From Eledone cirrhosa (lineage: Eukaryota): 64,000 bases of DNA. Positions 25,400 to 38,026 of this stretch are shown piece after piece (the first letter of the stretch is position 1; every line of letters starts with the position of its first letter). The notes under the pieces were generated by a model. It did not search any database, was not told the origin of the DNA, and saw only the letters and a list, made by a program, of their open reading frames with translations. A program made the position numbers and the translations under genes. The stretch covers positions 370,450,001-370,514,000 of the forward strand of contig OZ024743.1 in NCBI GenBank assembly GCA_964016885.1, given 5' to 3'.

Positions 25400-28300
25400 T
25401 CTACTTTTCCCTTCGTCCCACCCAGATAATCCAAAATTTCAAAATTGGTACCATGAATGTAGGCACATTGAAAGGTCACTCAAACGAGGTTGTAGAGATG
25501 CTTGAACGTAAGGAAGTCTATGTCTGTTGTGTTCAAGAGACCTGGTGGAGGGGTGGGTCTGCTAGATTCATTGTGGACAGGAAACAATGCTATAAGCTTT
25601 TCTGGATGGGTTGTGATAGCAGGCTGGGTGGTGTTGGAATTATGTTAACAGAAAAATGGGCATACATAGAGGGAATGACAGGATCATTAGAATAAGATTA
25701 GTACTAAATAGGACAACTGTATCAATTATTTCTGCTTATGCACCCTAATCAGGATTACCAGACGTTACTAAAGACAGGTTCTATGAGTCTCTAATGCTTA
25801 CTACCTTCCAGTGACAGTATAATTATTGCTGGCGACCTTAAGGGTCATGTTGGACAACATTGTGATGGCTATGATGGTGTCCATGGAGTTTATGGGTTTG
25901 GTACTAGAAATGAGGAAGGCTTCAGAATCCTGGAATTCTGTGATGCAAATGACCTGACTGTCTGCAACACAAACTTTAAAAAAAAACGTGACAGTCATTT
26001 GATCACGTATAGATCAAGGGAACACATGAGCCAGATAGATTTTTATCCTTACTAGGAAACGAGACAAAGTGTCTGTTTTGAACAATAAGTCCCTCCCTTG
26101 TGAAGAATGCACCTCTCAACATAATTTAATAGGAAGTGACCTCATAGTCAGGGCCAGACGTAATTGCTGGCAGAGAAATACCTTAAGGAAAAGATTATGG
26201 AAGTTGAAGAACCCTGCAACCAGTAAAAAATTCAAAGCATATAACTTGATGCTTTTGATAGTAAGGAAGAGTAATTAGAGTCATACGATATAGAGGAACA
26301 GTGGGAATTCCTGAAAGTTAACCGGTTGAAGGCAACTGATGAAATCTGTGGCTGGAGCAGACCATTAGGTAGGAGGAGAGTGACATGGTGGTGGAAAAGT
26401 AAGGTGGAGGAGTCCATCAAGGGCAAAAAACAGGCATGGAAAGAATGGCAGCACAGGGGTAGTAGAGAACACTATCGGGTAGCTAGGGGCGAAGCTAGAC
26501 AACAAGTATACCTTGCAAAGAGGGAAGCAGAGGATAGTAAATTCAAGCATATACTACGAGAGCACCAAAGACATGCGATATTCAGGATTGCGAGGCAATG
26601 TGTCAAGGATAACTGTGATATTGTCGGGGAGACGTGTGTCCATAATGGCGATGGTGTACTTGTGCTCACTGATAGTGATAAGGAGGTAGCTTGGAAGGGT
26701 CACTACGAGAGACTACTGAATGTGGAGAATGAATGCCCCACATCGATCCAATAGAAGGACCAGCTGTGCAAGTTAATGGTAGTATAGTAAGTAAGGCAAT
26801 CAAAAATATGAAGACAGGCAAGGCAGCTGGGCTTTCGGGGATAGTTGCTGAAATGTTGAAGGTATCTGGAATGGTGGGACATACTATGGTCACCCGGATA
26901 GTAAACCAAGTAATACAGAATGGGGTCATACCAAATGACTGACGTAGCAGCATCCTCATCGACTGTTACAAGGGCAAACGAGACGCCCTGGATAGAGGAA
27001 ACCATAGGGGCATTAAGTTAGTTGACCAGGTCATGAAGGTCACAGAAAGAGTTATTACACAACTGATTAGAGACCAAATTGATCTAGATGAAATGTAGTT
27101 TGGGTTTGTGCCAGGTAAAAGTACCACAGATGCTCATTTCCTTGTACGGCAATTACAGGAGTAGTACCTAGCTAACAGTAAACCCCTCTACTTAGATTTT
27201 GTTGAAGTGGAGAAGGCCTTTGACAGAGTCCCATGCATCTTAATCTGGTGGGCTCTTAGAAAACTAGGAGTGGAAGAATGGCATGTGAGAGCTATACAAG
27301 CCATGTATAGAGAAACAGTCAGCAAGGTTAGAATTAACGATGAATATAGTGATGAATTTAGTGTAATAGTAGGGGTTCACCAGGGCTCCGTTCTTAGCTC
27401 CTTCCTGTTTATTATTGTCCTACAGGCTAATACAGAAGGGTTTAAGACTGGCTGCCCATGGGAACTTCTATATGCAGATGATCTAACTCTCATAGCTGAA
27501 TCCATGGCTGAACTAGAGAGGAAGTTCCAAACATGGAAGCATGGCCTTGAATCAAAAGACCTTAGAGTCAACTTGTCTAAGACTAAGGTTCTAGTATATA
27601 GAAAGGAGAATAGGGCACAGGTACCCTCTGGAAATGGCCACTCTCAGTAGGCAGAAACTCCATTCTATGTCCCAAATGCAAATTATGGGTATATAAAAGA
27701 TATAGTGGGATCAGAGGTAAGCTATCTAAGAATGTAGATTTTATATGTGGCCGATGCTCAGGTGCAGTAAGTAGCAAGGACCCACTGGATGACATCACCT
27801 TCAACTACCCAGATGGTTCTATAGAAATAGTAGACACCTTCCGTTACCTGAGTGACAAAATCAGCAGTGGAGGAGGGTGCTCTGAAAGTGTAGTAGCCAG
27901 AGTTAGAGCGGGATGGAAAAAGTTCAGAGAGCTAATACTGCTGTTGGCCACAAGGGGCTTTTCTCTAAAAATAAAAGGCAGATTGTATGATGCTTGTATA
28001 CGAACGGTGATATTACATGGTAGTGAGACTTTGGCATTGAGTGCTGAAGACCTGCATAGATTAGAAAGAAATGAAGCTTGCATGCTCCGATGGATGTGTA
28101 ATAGTAATGTGTGTGAAAGGCGAATCATAAATGAATTAAATGGGAGACTAAGCATAAGAGGTATCAAATGTTGTGTTCTGGGGAGGATATTGTGTTGGTA
28201 TGGACATGTGATGCGTATGAAGGATGACAGCTGTATAAAAAAATGCAGGACAATGAAAATTGATGGAAGCTGCGGAGTGGGTAGACCAAGAAAAACCTGG

Positions 28301-28741
28301 GACGAGGTGATAAAAACTGACCTTGCCCACCTACACCTCTCTAACACAATGACACTGGAGCGAGACCTTTGGCGCCATGCAGTTGTACAGAAGACCACAC
28401 TGCCATTGCTTACAAACCTACAGTCAGTTAGCACCTCTTAACTCAATGTAAATCCCATCCCCACGCCCTACAACATCCTCCCTTTCCTGTTCCATCCAAT
28501 GTGTCAATGACACAACAGTCCACATTGTAAGGTGGCCATGTAGAAAACACAGTGAAAAGGCTCCCAGTCCACACTGTAAAGGTAGTTGGTGTTAAGAAGG
28601 GCATCCAGCTCTAAAAAAAAACCTGCCAGAGACACTTCTATGTGAACGAGACATGGTCTCCCGACCATTCCCACATCAAATGGAACAAAACCATCTAACC
28701 CATGCTAGCATGGAAGATGGACGTTAAACGATGATGATGAT
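25400..28741 (+). mobile_element. Near full-length decayed RTE-clade LINE (APE endonuclease plus RT)
   Basis: GTMNVGTL...CCVQETWW; KAFDRVP...GVHQGSVLS...LLYADDL; LCWYGHVMRM..GRPRKTW; 3' (GAT)n tail. Confidence 0.93.
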
Positions 28742-28753
28742 ATATATAATAAA

Positions 28754-29729
28754 CTAGCAGTGGTACACGGCATTGGACGGGATAAGGTATTTTGGAACAC
28801 GGGCCACCAACAAACCTAATCGTGGAAAAACAGCATGCCTGGACAATATGTAAAGAAAATAAACTGAATACTCTGATGGCTGGATAATCTTTAAGATTTT
28901 CCTCGATGAAGCAGGAAAAATGCAGGTTTTCACCTAATGTGGGCCCTAGGGGATCAAGAAAATAAATTTTTTATATGCATAATATGTCTTGAAATTTCGG
29001 GAAAATCGGCTAGACTTAACACCTCCAAAAAGCCCTGAAAAAATGAAGTTTTTCACCTAATGCGAGCCCTAGGCCATAAAAAAATTGGATTTTCTTTGCT
29101 CATGGTATGAAGAAGAGACTGACTAATACATAGTTACAATTTCAAGGAAATCGGTCTGACGTAACGCCTAAAAAGCTTAAAGAACGCAGTTTTTCACCTA
29201 ATGCGGGAACTAGGAGATCAAAAAGCTGAAACATAAGTAATACACATGTAAAGTTTGAAAAAAATCGGTTGGGTACTTCTCAAGTTTTAGGGATTCAAAC
29301 TCACAGACACACACACACACACAGACAGACATCTTCAGGGAAGTGACGTAATGCAGACTGCCAGACATACAGACAGAATCCCGCCGAGGTTAACTTTGCC
29401 TTTCATCCTTACGGGGTCGATAAAATAGAGTACCAGTAATGCACTGGGTAATTGCTGGCCTTGTGCAAAAAGTAGAAACAATTTTAAGGGCGTGACGTTA
29501 TATGTATGTATCTATCTAAAAAGAGAAAGACTAAGAATTATAGAAAGAGATCGCTAAATCGCCTAATGCATTGAAAATTTGAAATTTTGAAATTTTTGCT
29601 CAGAACACTCCCTGAAACATAAGTATTACATGTGTAAAGTTTGAAAACAGTCGGTTGGGTGCTTCTCGAGTTTTAGGGATTCAAACTCACACACACACAG
29701 ACAGACATCCTCAGTTTTATATATATAGA
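28754..29729 (-). mobile_element. Non-autonomous Helitron, minus strand, containing a SINE fragment at ~29378-29482
   Basis: Right end TTTTATATATATAGA|T is the reverse complement of the TCTATATATATAAAA 5' end. Left end A|CTAGCAG has an adjacent imperfect GC hairpin. Confidence 0.75.
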
Positions 29730-30325
29730 TGTAATCTGAGTTTTTCGAATATTAATCATAATATTCGATTTGTTTGCAATTATGCAAACAGGCTCTTTTT
29801 TAAAACCATATCTGTAGAATTAGCCCCTCATTCTTGTTCTTGTGTTGGCATGTAAACAGGACTGCAGACACTAATGTTTCTGGGTACCACCCATCATCAG
29901 TACAGCTCACTGTTCACCTGTCAAATTGTCAGAGCTAGTGAAAATATAAGATATTTTTTAAAATACACAGTGACTGATCGGCCTGATTTGCATATTAGCA
30001 GACTGGCTGATCAGTCAGATCTGCATGTTAGCAGATCCACTGATCAGCCAGATTTGCATATGAGCAGACAGGCCAATCAATTTCCTATATAGGAGCGATT
30101 AATGGCCGGCTTTGCCATATTCTAATAAATAAAAATAAATAAATTATTGCTCTACATGACTGAATAAAATAAATGTAATTTGAGTTTTCGAATATTAATA
30201 ATAATATTTGATTTGTTTGCAATTATTATGCAAACAGCCTCCTTTTTAAAGATATGTCAGTAGAATGAGCCCCTATTTCTTGCTCTTGTGTTGGCATGTA
30301 AACAGAATTGTAGACACTAATGTTT
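29730..30325. repeat. Dispersed ~440-bp-unit tandem repeat family, copy 1
   Basis: Unit begins GTAATCTGAGTTTTTCGAATATTAAT and restarts at ~30175; same family at 48978-49910. Confidence 0.8.
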
Positions 30326-30362
30326 TTTTTTATTTATTTATTATGTATATATATATATATAT

Positions 30363-31612
30363 CTAGAGTGTGTAAAATTCCCGAGATCCATGGACGAGTT
30401 CTCTCCAGCGGTCTCTGTCCCTCATTATCGCTGCCATGTCCTGCATCTCCAACAGACCAGTGTCTGTCCTTAGGGGATCAACATACATTAACCTTGGTCT
30501 TCCTCTTCCAGTGTGTCCATGTAGGGGCTCCCACAGGAGCACTGAGTGCAATGTCAACTCTAGATGTCGCTGAGCATGTCCAGCTAACCTCAGTCTCCTC
30601 TGTGTCACTTTTGAGCTGACTTTTGGGAGGCTCCCATACAGCTCTGATTTTTTCATCCTCAGTGTATACTGATTAATGTTCAGAGCCATCCTCAGCATTC
30701 TCGTGTAGCACCCATCCACCATCTGAGTGAGTTTCTTGGTCAGTGTCCAAGTCTCAGACCCATACAGCAGCACAGACTCCACTACAGCAATGAAGAGGCG
30801 GATTTTCAGGTCTTTACTAAGGTCCGACTTCCACACCGATCTCAAGCTGTGGTACGCCACCCAGGCTTTGCTCTTCCTCTCAACCACATCATCTTCCGTA
30901 TTCCCAATCTTTGCTCCCAAATACAGGAAGTCCTCAACCAATTCTAGCGGCTTCCCGCCTACATTAGTGATCCCCTCTGGCTTCTCAACATTCTCTACCA
31001 GATATTTTGTTTTAGTCTCATTCATTCTCAGCCCCACACTCATCAACACAGTCTCAACCTCCTGCATCAAATCCTCTGCCTCCTTCACTGTATTTGTCAC
31101 CAAAACTATGTCATCGGCAAATTCAGCTTCTGATATCTTTTTCACCTTAACTCTCCTGCTCTGAGCCGGAGCTACAGTAAAGCCAGAGTCCTGGTGTGTC
31201 TCCGGTGCAAGGCGCATAGAATAGTCCACTACGATGATAAAAAGGTAGGGAGCCAATGTATCTCCCTGGAGCACTCCAGCCAGTATCTCAAAGAACTCTG
31301 TCATCCCATCAGGTGTAATGACTTGGGCTTTGGTGTTGGTGTAGAGTAATGATATCAGGTCCACTATCTTCTTGGGGATTCCATAAGCCTGTAAGATCTT
31401 TATCAGGTATTGACAGTCCACAGAATCAAAGGCCTTCCTAAAGTCAATGAAAACCATGACCGCAGGAAGGCACTTTGCTCTAGCTCCCTTTAATATCCTC
31501 CTCAGCATCAGGATGTGACTGGTGGTCTCAGACTGGATCCTGTTAAGAATCATCCTGTTAAGGGTCTTTGCCACAAGTGACGTCAGTGAGATCCTCCTGT
31601 AGTTGTTGGTGT
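30363..31612 (-). mobile_element. 5'-truncated RTE-clade LINE of a different family, with an open 403-aa RT/C-terminal frame
   Basis: FIDFRKAFDSV...GVLQGDTLAPYLFIIVVD...FADDIVL...FLYLG...LLYGSETW...LRLAGH. Confidence 0.92.
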
Positions 31613-31633
31613 TAGAAATCAGGAGAAATCATC

Positions 31634-31686
31634 AGGCTTCCTGATGATTTCTCCCGATTGAAACAGTTTTAGTCCTGTAGAAGCCT
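31634..31686 (+). ncRNA. Type I hammerhead ribozyme, same family as 25216
   Basis: 7-bp stem I AGGCTTC/GAAGCCT, CTGATGA, GAAA, stem III CAG/CTG, GUA; stem II weakened. Confidence 0.65.
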
Positions 31687-31829
31687 TTCTATATTTAATA
31701 TATATATATATATATGCATATATGTATGTATGTGTGTGTATATATGTATGTGCGTACTTACATACTTACATTTATGTATCAGCTGTGCTTGGGTGAGAAA
31801 TAAAATTCTACTTTTATTTCTATATATAT

Positions 31830-32870
31830 TAGGTGGGGGATCGATATTTATATATATATTAGGTGGGGGATCGAAATTTTACATTCTGATTCCACATATT
31901 GCTTGGTGTTCATTTTGGTGTGAGAAATAAATTAACAAACTTTAAAAATTATGCGATCACACCTACCATTGCATAATCCCCTCCCCCCACCCCCACCACC
32001 ACCACCACCACCATTCTGCGTTTTGAATACTGAAGCTTTAAGGAACTGTAAACTTGTTTTAATGCTGTTAACTTTGTATTGGTTAAATATTACCTATACA
32101 ACTTTTTATAAATTATATACAACCCCCACCCGTAAAAAACAGTTATGGGAATCTATTTATTTATATAGTTTGTATCAATTTATTTTATAAAAATAGCCTA
32201 TATTAAAAAAAGCACTTTCAATGTATAAATAATGTAAATTCTTAATGACTATTATGATATGCAATAAAAAAAACTATGCACGAACCTCAAACGAAATACA
32301 TAAACAGCGAACACCATAAAATATGTATTAATAGTGTTTACTATTTAATTAAATGACCACTGTCTTTTCCAGTCAAAGTGAGGTAAACTTTGTCTTGTTT
32401 TCTGTACATTTAATATGAATTTGTGCCTATTTTCATAGCCTATTCTGACTTCAGAACTTTTGTCACTAAATTGAAAGCATGCTCGACTCCTCGGCTATGG
32501 CAGGGAAGAGGTATTGCTGTTAATGGTCCTGAACGAGCTTTAAGAAGATCAACATTTGTAAAGTTCCGTAAAACTGGACTGGGTGTTATAACTTCATTTT
32601 CCCAGTTAATCAAATCAACATGTTCCTGTACTTCAAAGTTAATTTTGCTTGATAGTTTGAAATTTCTTAATCCTTCACGGGGCATTCGGGGAAAAGTTCT
32701 TTAATAATTCGCTGAATTGCTACTTCCCTAATTTGTCTTCTTCCATCATTCAGCATAGTCAGTAAAATATTTTCTGGATGGCCAAAATACAAATTAGCTT
32801 TTAACGATTTCATATCATATGCCCTTCATATCACCAACTACTTTACATGTACTGAGTGTGTTGATCCTTT
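31830..32870 (-). mobile_element. DNA transposon remnant, probably hAT/hATm-like transposase C-terminus
   Basis: YFGHPENILLTML and INFE..DLINW...IPLPCHSRGVEHAFNLVTK (PCHxQxVER-like); duplicated putative end TAGGTGGGGGATCGA at 31830 and 31860. Confidence 0.55.
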
Positions 32871-33069
32871 AGATCATGAACATTAGGGAGGTTGTTATGT
32901 CCTTATAATGGCTGAAGGGTCTGCCTGACCCATTGTCTGACAAGGTTTCTATGGCTAGATGACTTCCTATCACCAAAAACTTCACAGGAGAGGGACAGTT
33001 GCTAGGAATAGGGGAACATGTGCAGTGGGTTTAAAATAGTCATGTTGAAGATAACTGTTAGAGAATGCT

Positions 33070-34530
33070 AGTGGAGGTAAGGAGTATGTGGGCAGGTCAG
33101 CTCATATCGTATGCTAAATGTCAGGTCTTCCTCAGCATTGCATAGCATCAGATGGTTGTTAATCATTTCTGTTGTGAGCTTTAGTTTTTTAAGGTCGGTT
33201 TTCACAAACTCATGCCATGCCATCCTGGGTCTACCTCTTCCATGGGTCCTAGCTATTGGGGTTTCTTTGTATGTCTTTATGCAGCTGCTATCTTCCATGC
33301 ACATCACATGTCCATACCAATGCAGTCTTCTCTCTTGCTCCAATTTCTCTTATGTCAGCTTACTTATGTTATGTCGCTCTTGCACAGTAACATTACACGT
33401 CCATCGGAGCATACTCGACTCATTTCTTTCTAGCCTCTGCAGGTCTTCAGCATTGAAGGGCCATGTTTCACTGTCATGTAGCATTACATTTCGCACACAC
33501 AGGCATCATACAGTCTACCCTTCAGTGAGAGGAAAGCATTTTGTTGTTAGCAGCAGTAATAGATCTATAAACATCTTCCAGCCTATTCTTATCCTAGCTG
33601 TCTCACTTTCAGCACGTCCTACCCAATTACTAATTTAATCACCTAGGTAGTGAAAGCTGTCAACAACTTCTATGGAGATCCCCTAGCAGCTGAAGGAATC
33701 TATTTCACGTGTTCTCTTTATGTTTATTTCCCCTATGCATCTACAACATATGAAGTCTATCTTTTCTGTAGCCTATCTGCAATCCCACTACATTCTTGTG
33801 TGTCCATACTTTCTATAGTGTGCACCTTAAGGAATTTCTTCCCATCTCTTTCTGACATATCGAACAACACCACTTTCCTGATGGTATCACCTTCCTGTCT
33901 TTTTTTTCTACTCATTAAAACTTTGGGCTTTGCTAAATTTACCTTTATGCTTCACAGCTCTAGGTTCTTCTATGCTTGAAATTTTGCTTCTAACTCTCCC
34001 AAGGATTCAGCTATGAGGACTAAGTCGTCAGCATATATGAGCTCTCATGGAGTGCCAGTTTTAAACTCCTCAGTGATAGCCTGAAGCACAATGACAAACA
34101 GGAGTGAACTGAGGACTGTACTCATTGCCAACCCTCACCGTGCTAGCTGCTCATTATTATATAGCCTGAATGAGCGATGGATTGGCAGTATCGGTAGAGG
34201 GTCGGACACCATGCTTTGCAGCACAGAGATACAGCCCTTTATGGTCTGAGTTCAAATCCCGCCGAGGTTAACTTTGCCTTTCGTCCTTACAGGGTCGATA
34301 AAATAAAGTACCAGTAATACACTGTGATAATTGCTGGCCTTGTGCCAAAAGTAGAAACAATTATATAGCCTGAATGGCACTCACAAGGCATTTGTCTACA
34401 CCTAGCTTCCTAAGTGCCCACCAGATTATAGAGCATGTGACTCTGTCAAAGGCTTTCTCCAGACCAACAAATGCTAGTTACAGTAGCTTACTCTTAGTTA
34501 AGTACCTCGCCTGTAGTTGTCTCACTAGAA
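33070..34530 (-). mobile_element. Decayed RTE-clade LINE fragment interrupted by a SINE
   Basis: RLHWYGHVMC..GRPRMAW; RT remnants (LIYADDL, EKAFDRV) on the minus strand. Confidence 0.82.
34173..34359 (+). mobile_element. Complete tRNA-derived SINE with a Meta-domain-like core and a 17-bp TSD
   Basis: A box TGGCAGTATCGG, B box GAGTTCAAATCC, core GCCTTTC.TCCTTAC.GGGTCGATAAAATAAAGTACCAG; TSD ATTATATAGCCTGAATG at 34156-34172 and 34360-34376. Other copies at ~29378, ~36890, ~38285, 49004(-), ~62230(-). Confidence 0.88.
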
Positions 34531-34571
34531 AAAAAGGGCATAATTACTACCTCCAATATATATATATATAT

Positions 34572-35420
34572 TGTGGTTCTGCAGTGAGAAGGGTTCATTG
34601 TGGCCAAATGGCCTGTTCTTCCTCATAACAGTTCCTGACCTGTGTGAAGGGTTCAGCATGGCTAACAGGCCTTTCCCTTTGTATAGTGGTGCCATCCAAT
34701 TCCAGATGCCCAAACAATGGTTTCCACAGTGAGAAGGTTCATCACAACCAAATGGCCCATCCTTCCTCACAGCAGTTCCACACTGCAAATGTGATTGTGG
34801 CACTCAAACTATGGCCCTACTATGAGAAGGGTTCGGCGCAGTCAACTGGCCTGTTCCTCCTCATAGATGTGTCATCCAGTACTGGGCTCCAAAACTATGG
34901 TTACACTGAGAGATGGGTTGAGCACAGCCAACTGGCCTGTCTCTCCTCATAGCAATGCCATGTGGCATCCGGAATGTGACTCCGCTGTGAGAGGAGTACA
35001 GCACAGTCCGGTGTCATCCAGCTCCAGGCTCCTAAAGTGTGGTCCACAGTCAGAAGGAATCATTGCAGCCAAATGGCCTGTCCTTCCTCTCAGTGGTACC
35101 ACACTCTAAAAGCGTTTCCTGAGCTGTGGGTCCACTGTGTGAAGGGTGCAGCATGGCTAATGGATCTGTGGCTCTACTGTGAGGGTGGTTTGGAATATCC
35201 AACTGGTCTCTCCCTCCTCTTTTAATGGTGACACCCAATTCCATGCTCCTGGTGTGTGGTTCTGCTGTGAGAGGAGTTTGTCATGGCCAGCTGGCCTGTC
35301 CCTCCACATATTGGTGACATCCACTTCCGGGCTCCAGAACTATGGTTCAGCTATGAGATGGATTTGGCGCAGCCAACTGGCCTGTCCTTCCTCATAACGG
35401 TGCTATCCAGTTCCACACTG
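34572..35420. repeat. Old diverged tandem array, ~80-bp unit (TGTGG..C..C.GTGAGA.GG...TGGCCTGTCC.TCCTCA)
   Basis: Recurrent motifs at roughly 80-bp spacing. Confidence 0.65.
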
Positions 35421-35689
35421 TAAATGTGGTTGGTGTTAGACAGGGCATCCAGCTGTAAAATCACCGGCCAAATTTACAGTCCTTGTCAGAGCAAGTTAAT
35501 GGGTGGCCAATTCTGGCCAGATTTGTCTCCTGACGTTGACAACCCGTCTAACCCATGCAAGCATGGAAAAATGGATGCTAAACAGTGATGAGGATGATGA
35601 TATTGATATATGCAAGTGAACGGCCTCATAACACCATGTGTATTTTTTCGATGACTGACATCATCCTTTTTTTCTAGCGGAAGCAGAGA

Positions 35690-36245
35690 GAAAATAGTTG
35701 ACTATTGTTTAGGAGTTATTGACCCTTATCAAGACTATGTATCTCTCATCATTGCTACTGGCTGGAACTGCTGAGAATACATAGTATTCTCAAAGGTACA
35801 CATTGGCTGATTAGTCTAATTTGCATACCGAGTGATTTTACAGCTGGCCTTCCCGAAAATTAAAAATAAATTTTGTTTTCGCTCTAATATACCTGGGCAA
35901 GAAAACCACCAGCACTATCTGCACAGCCATACAAAGAGAGGATCTTGACATCTAGTTGACCCACTCAGGATCCTCCCTGCAGAGATGCCTTTCCAAAACA
36001 CTGGAAATGCGTGCTTCCTCAGCAATTGCCCAATAGGCCACACAAACTGTTGCTTGTGCACATACATCATGTACAAGATCGAATGCAACAGGTGCAGAAA
36101 CAATAACAAGACACTCACTGTCACAATGCTAGCAACAGAGCATATCATTGGCACTCTAAGAGTGAAGGAAGCTCTCCTGACAAATCGATTAGAGCCTCGA
36201 ATAAACAGCAGATCTGAGAGAGGCGGACTATGGTTGGTGTAATAT
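35690..36245 (+). mobile_element. Highly decayed PLE GIY-YIG remnant preceded by an inverted HHR-like motif
   Basis: CFLSNC...C..IMYKIECNRC...LRVKEALL...PRINSRSE; minus-strand TTGATAA motif at 35694-35738. Confidence 0.55.
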
Positions 36246-37918
36246 TGGCTAAGACATGCACACTCATACAAAAACAGAGTTACAGCAGTAATATCTAGAA
36301 CAACCTTTTGTTTACCCCACACATGCACAGGTCCAACGAATAACCGTCAAAATTTTTAAAACATTTTAAACAGAATGTACACGAATGCACGAGTCCAATG
36401 AACAACTTTCAATTTTAAACAGAATCATACAACCAGCAACATTCAACGTTTTTATTTTTTCTTTGGAACCCCCCACCCCTCCGTTGATGGATACAAATCA
36501 GAAATATAGGGACATAAATCTTTTATGGTACACAAACTCTGGCATTCTTCCTCCTCTTTTTCCTCTTTCCTCGTTACGCCTTTTATGTTTATTTATGTTT
36601 GTTTTCCTTTTCCTTCTCCTCCTATTGCCACTGGATTTTGTTGCCAGAAGATTTAGCCATCTGCATTAATGATTAAAATGTGTTGTTGCTTTCCCCCAGA
36701 TCAAGCTTGATCAAGTAGACCTGCTCTAACCATTAATATTGTGTATTCTATTATTAGACATTGTATATCTAAGATTATGTTATCCAATGTGATCTTAATT
36801 ATTTTCTAAATGGTAGGTTCATTCTAAATTAAGGGAGTATATGCTATATTTCTAGCAGGTCAAATGACATTATCATTATATGTATATGGGATTGGCAGTA
36901 TTAGTTGAGTGTTGAGCAACATGCTTTGTGGCATATATTTACATCCCTTTACATTCTGAGTTCAAATCCCCCAAGGTTAGATTTGCCTTTCACCCTTACG
37001 GTGTTGATAATATAAAGCACCAGTTATGATTTAATTGACTTTCCTCTGCCAAAATTGTTGGCCTTGTGCCTTAATCAGAAACCATTATTTATTATTTGAG
37101 AGAGTTCAATTCCTGCCGAGATTAGCTATGCCTTACATTCTTATGGGGTTAATACATAAATTGTTTGCCTTGTGTCTAAATCAGAAACCATTATATACGA
37201 GGAAATGATGATAAACTAGGGTTCTAACAGTGGTGAGATTTTCCCTCATATGATTATTTGATTAAATCATATGAGGATATTTATCATTTTTTTTCATAGA
37301 ATTACACCAAAAAACAATGTATACATAGACAAAGTAAGGAATATAATATCAGTAGTTGAAGGTACCTAACAAAAGCCAAAATTGGAGAGCAGGATATCAA
37401 TGGTCTCTTATGGTTTTTATAATGAAACAACAAAACAACCACACAGCAAAGGATTAAAAGCGAAATAATAACATATTTTTAAAGATTATCCAAAAACGTT
37501 TGTGTGGAAACAAAATACTGATTTAAATAGTAGAAATATATACAAGTCAAGAATTGTAATCTATTTACAAATATCTAATAAGTGATTAAAAATCTAAGGG
37601 TTAATATGTATTATTCCACAAGTATGTTTCTAATAAAACCCTATTCCATCAACAAAAATGATCTGTGGACTGTAGCTGATAGAAGCATTCAGGTTTCCTG
37701 TCTGTTGTTATAATTCAATGTTTCCTGTAATGCCTTTAATGAACAGTTGACTTATTCACCACATTTCTATTGACAAGATCATATCTCACACTTCATTAAC
37801 TGTAGATATTCTGCTTCCACTGCTTATGTTTATTGATAAGTTATTATTTTTTAATGTTTAAGGTAACATTTGAAAATTTCAACTAAATAATTATGCTTCC
37901 TTTCCTTTCACATTAAAG

Positions 37919-38026
37919 CCCGAAGTATTTCCTGTGACTTTTCAAATGAAATGATATGCCAATATGCCAATATAGGCTATGAATGGAAAAGAAAATATTC
38001 AAAAGGTTTGGACAATGAAACAAATG
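37919..38026 (+). CDS. Exon E, MAM domain N-terminus (108 nt, absent from the ORF track)
   Basis: Pyrimidine tract plus cattaaAG, donor GTaatt, phase 1/1. ARSISCDFSNEMICQYANIGYEWKRKYSKGLDNETN (SCDF...C.Y....W motif). Confidence 0.82.

Noticed and set aside
34173-34265. Possible tRNA gene (A and B boxes)
   Set aside because: No cloverleaf; it is the head of a TSD-flanked SINE present in several copies.
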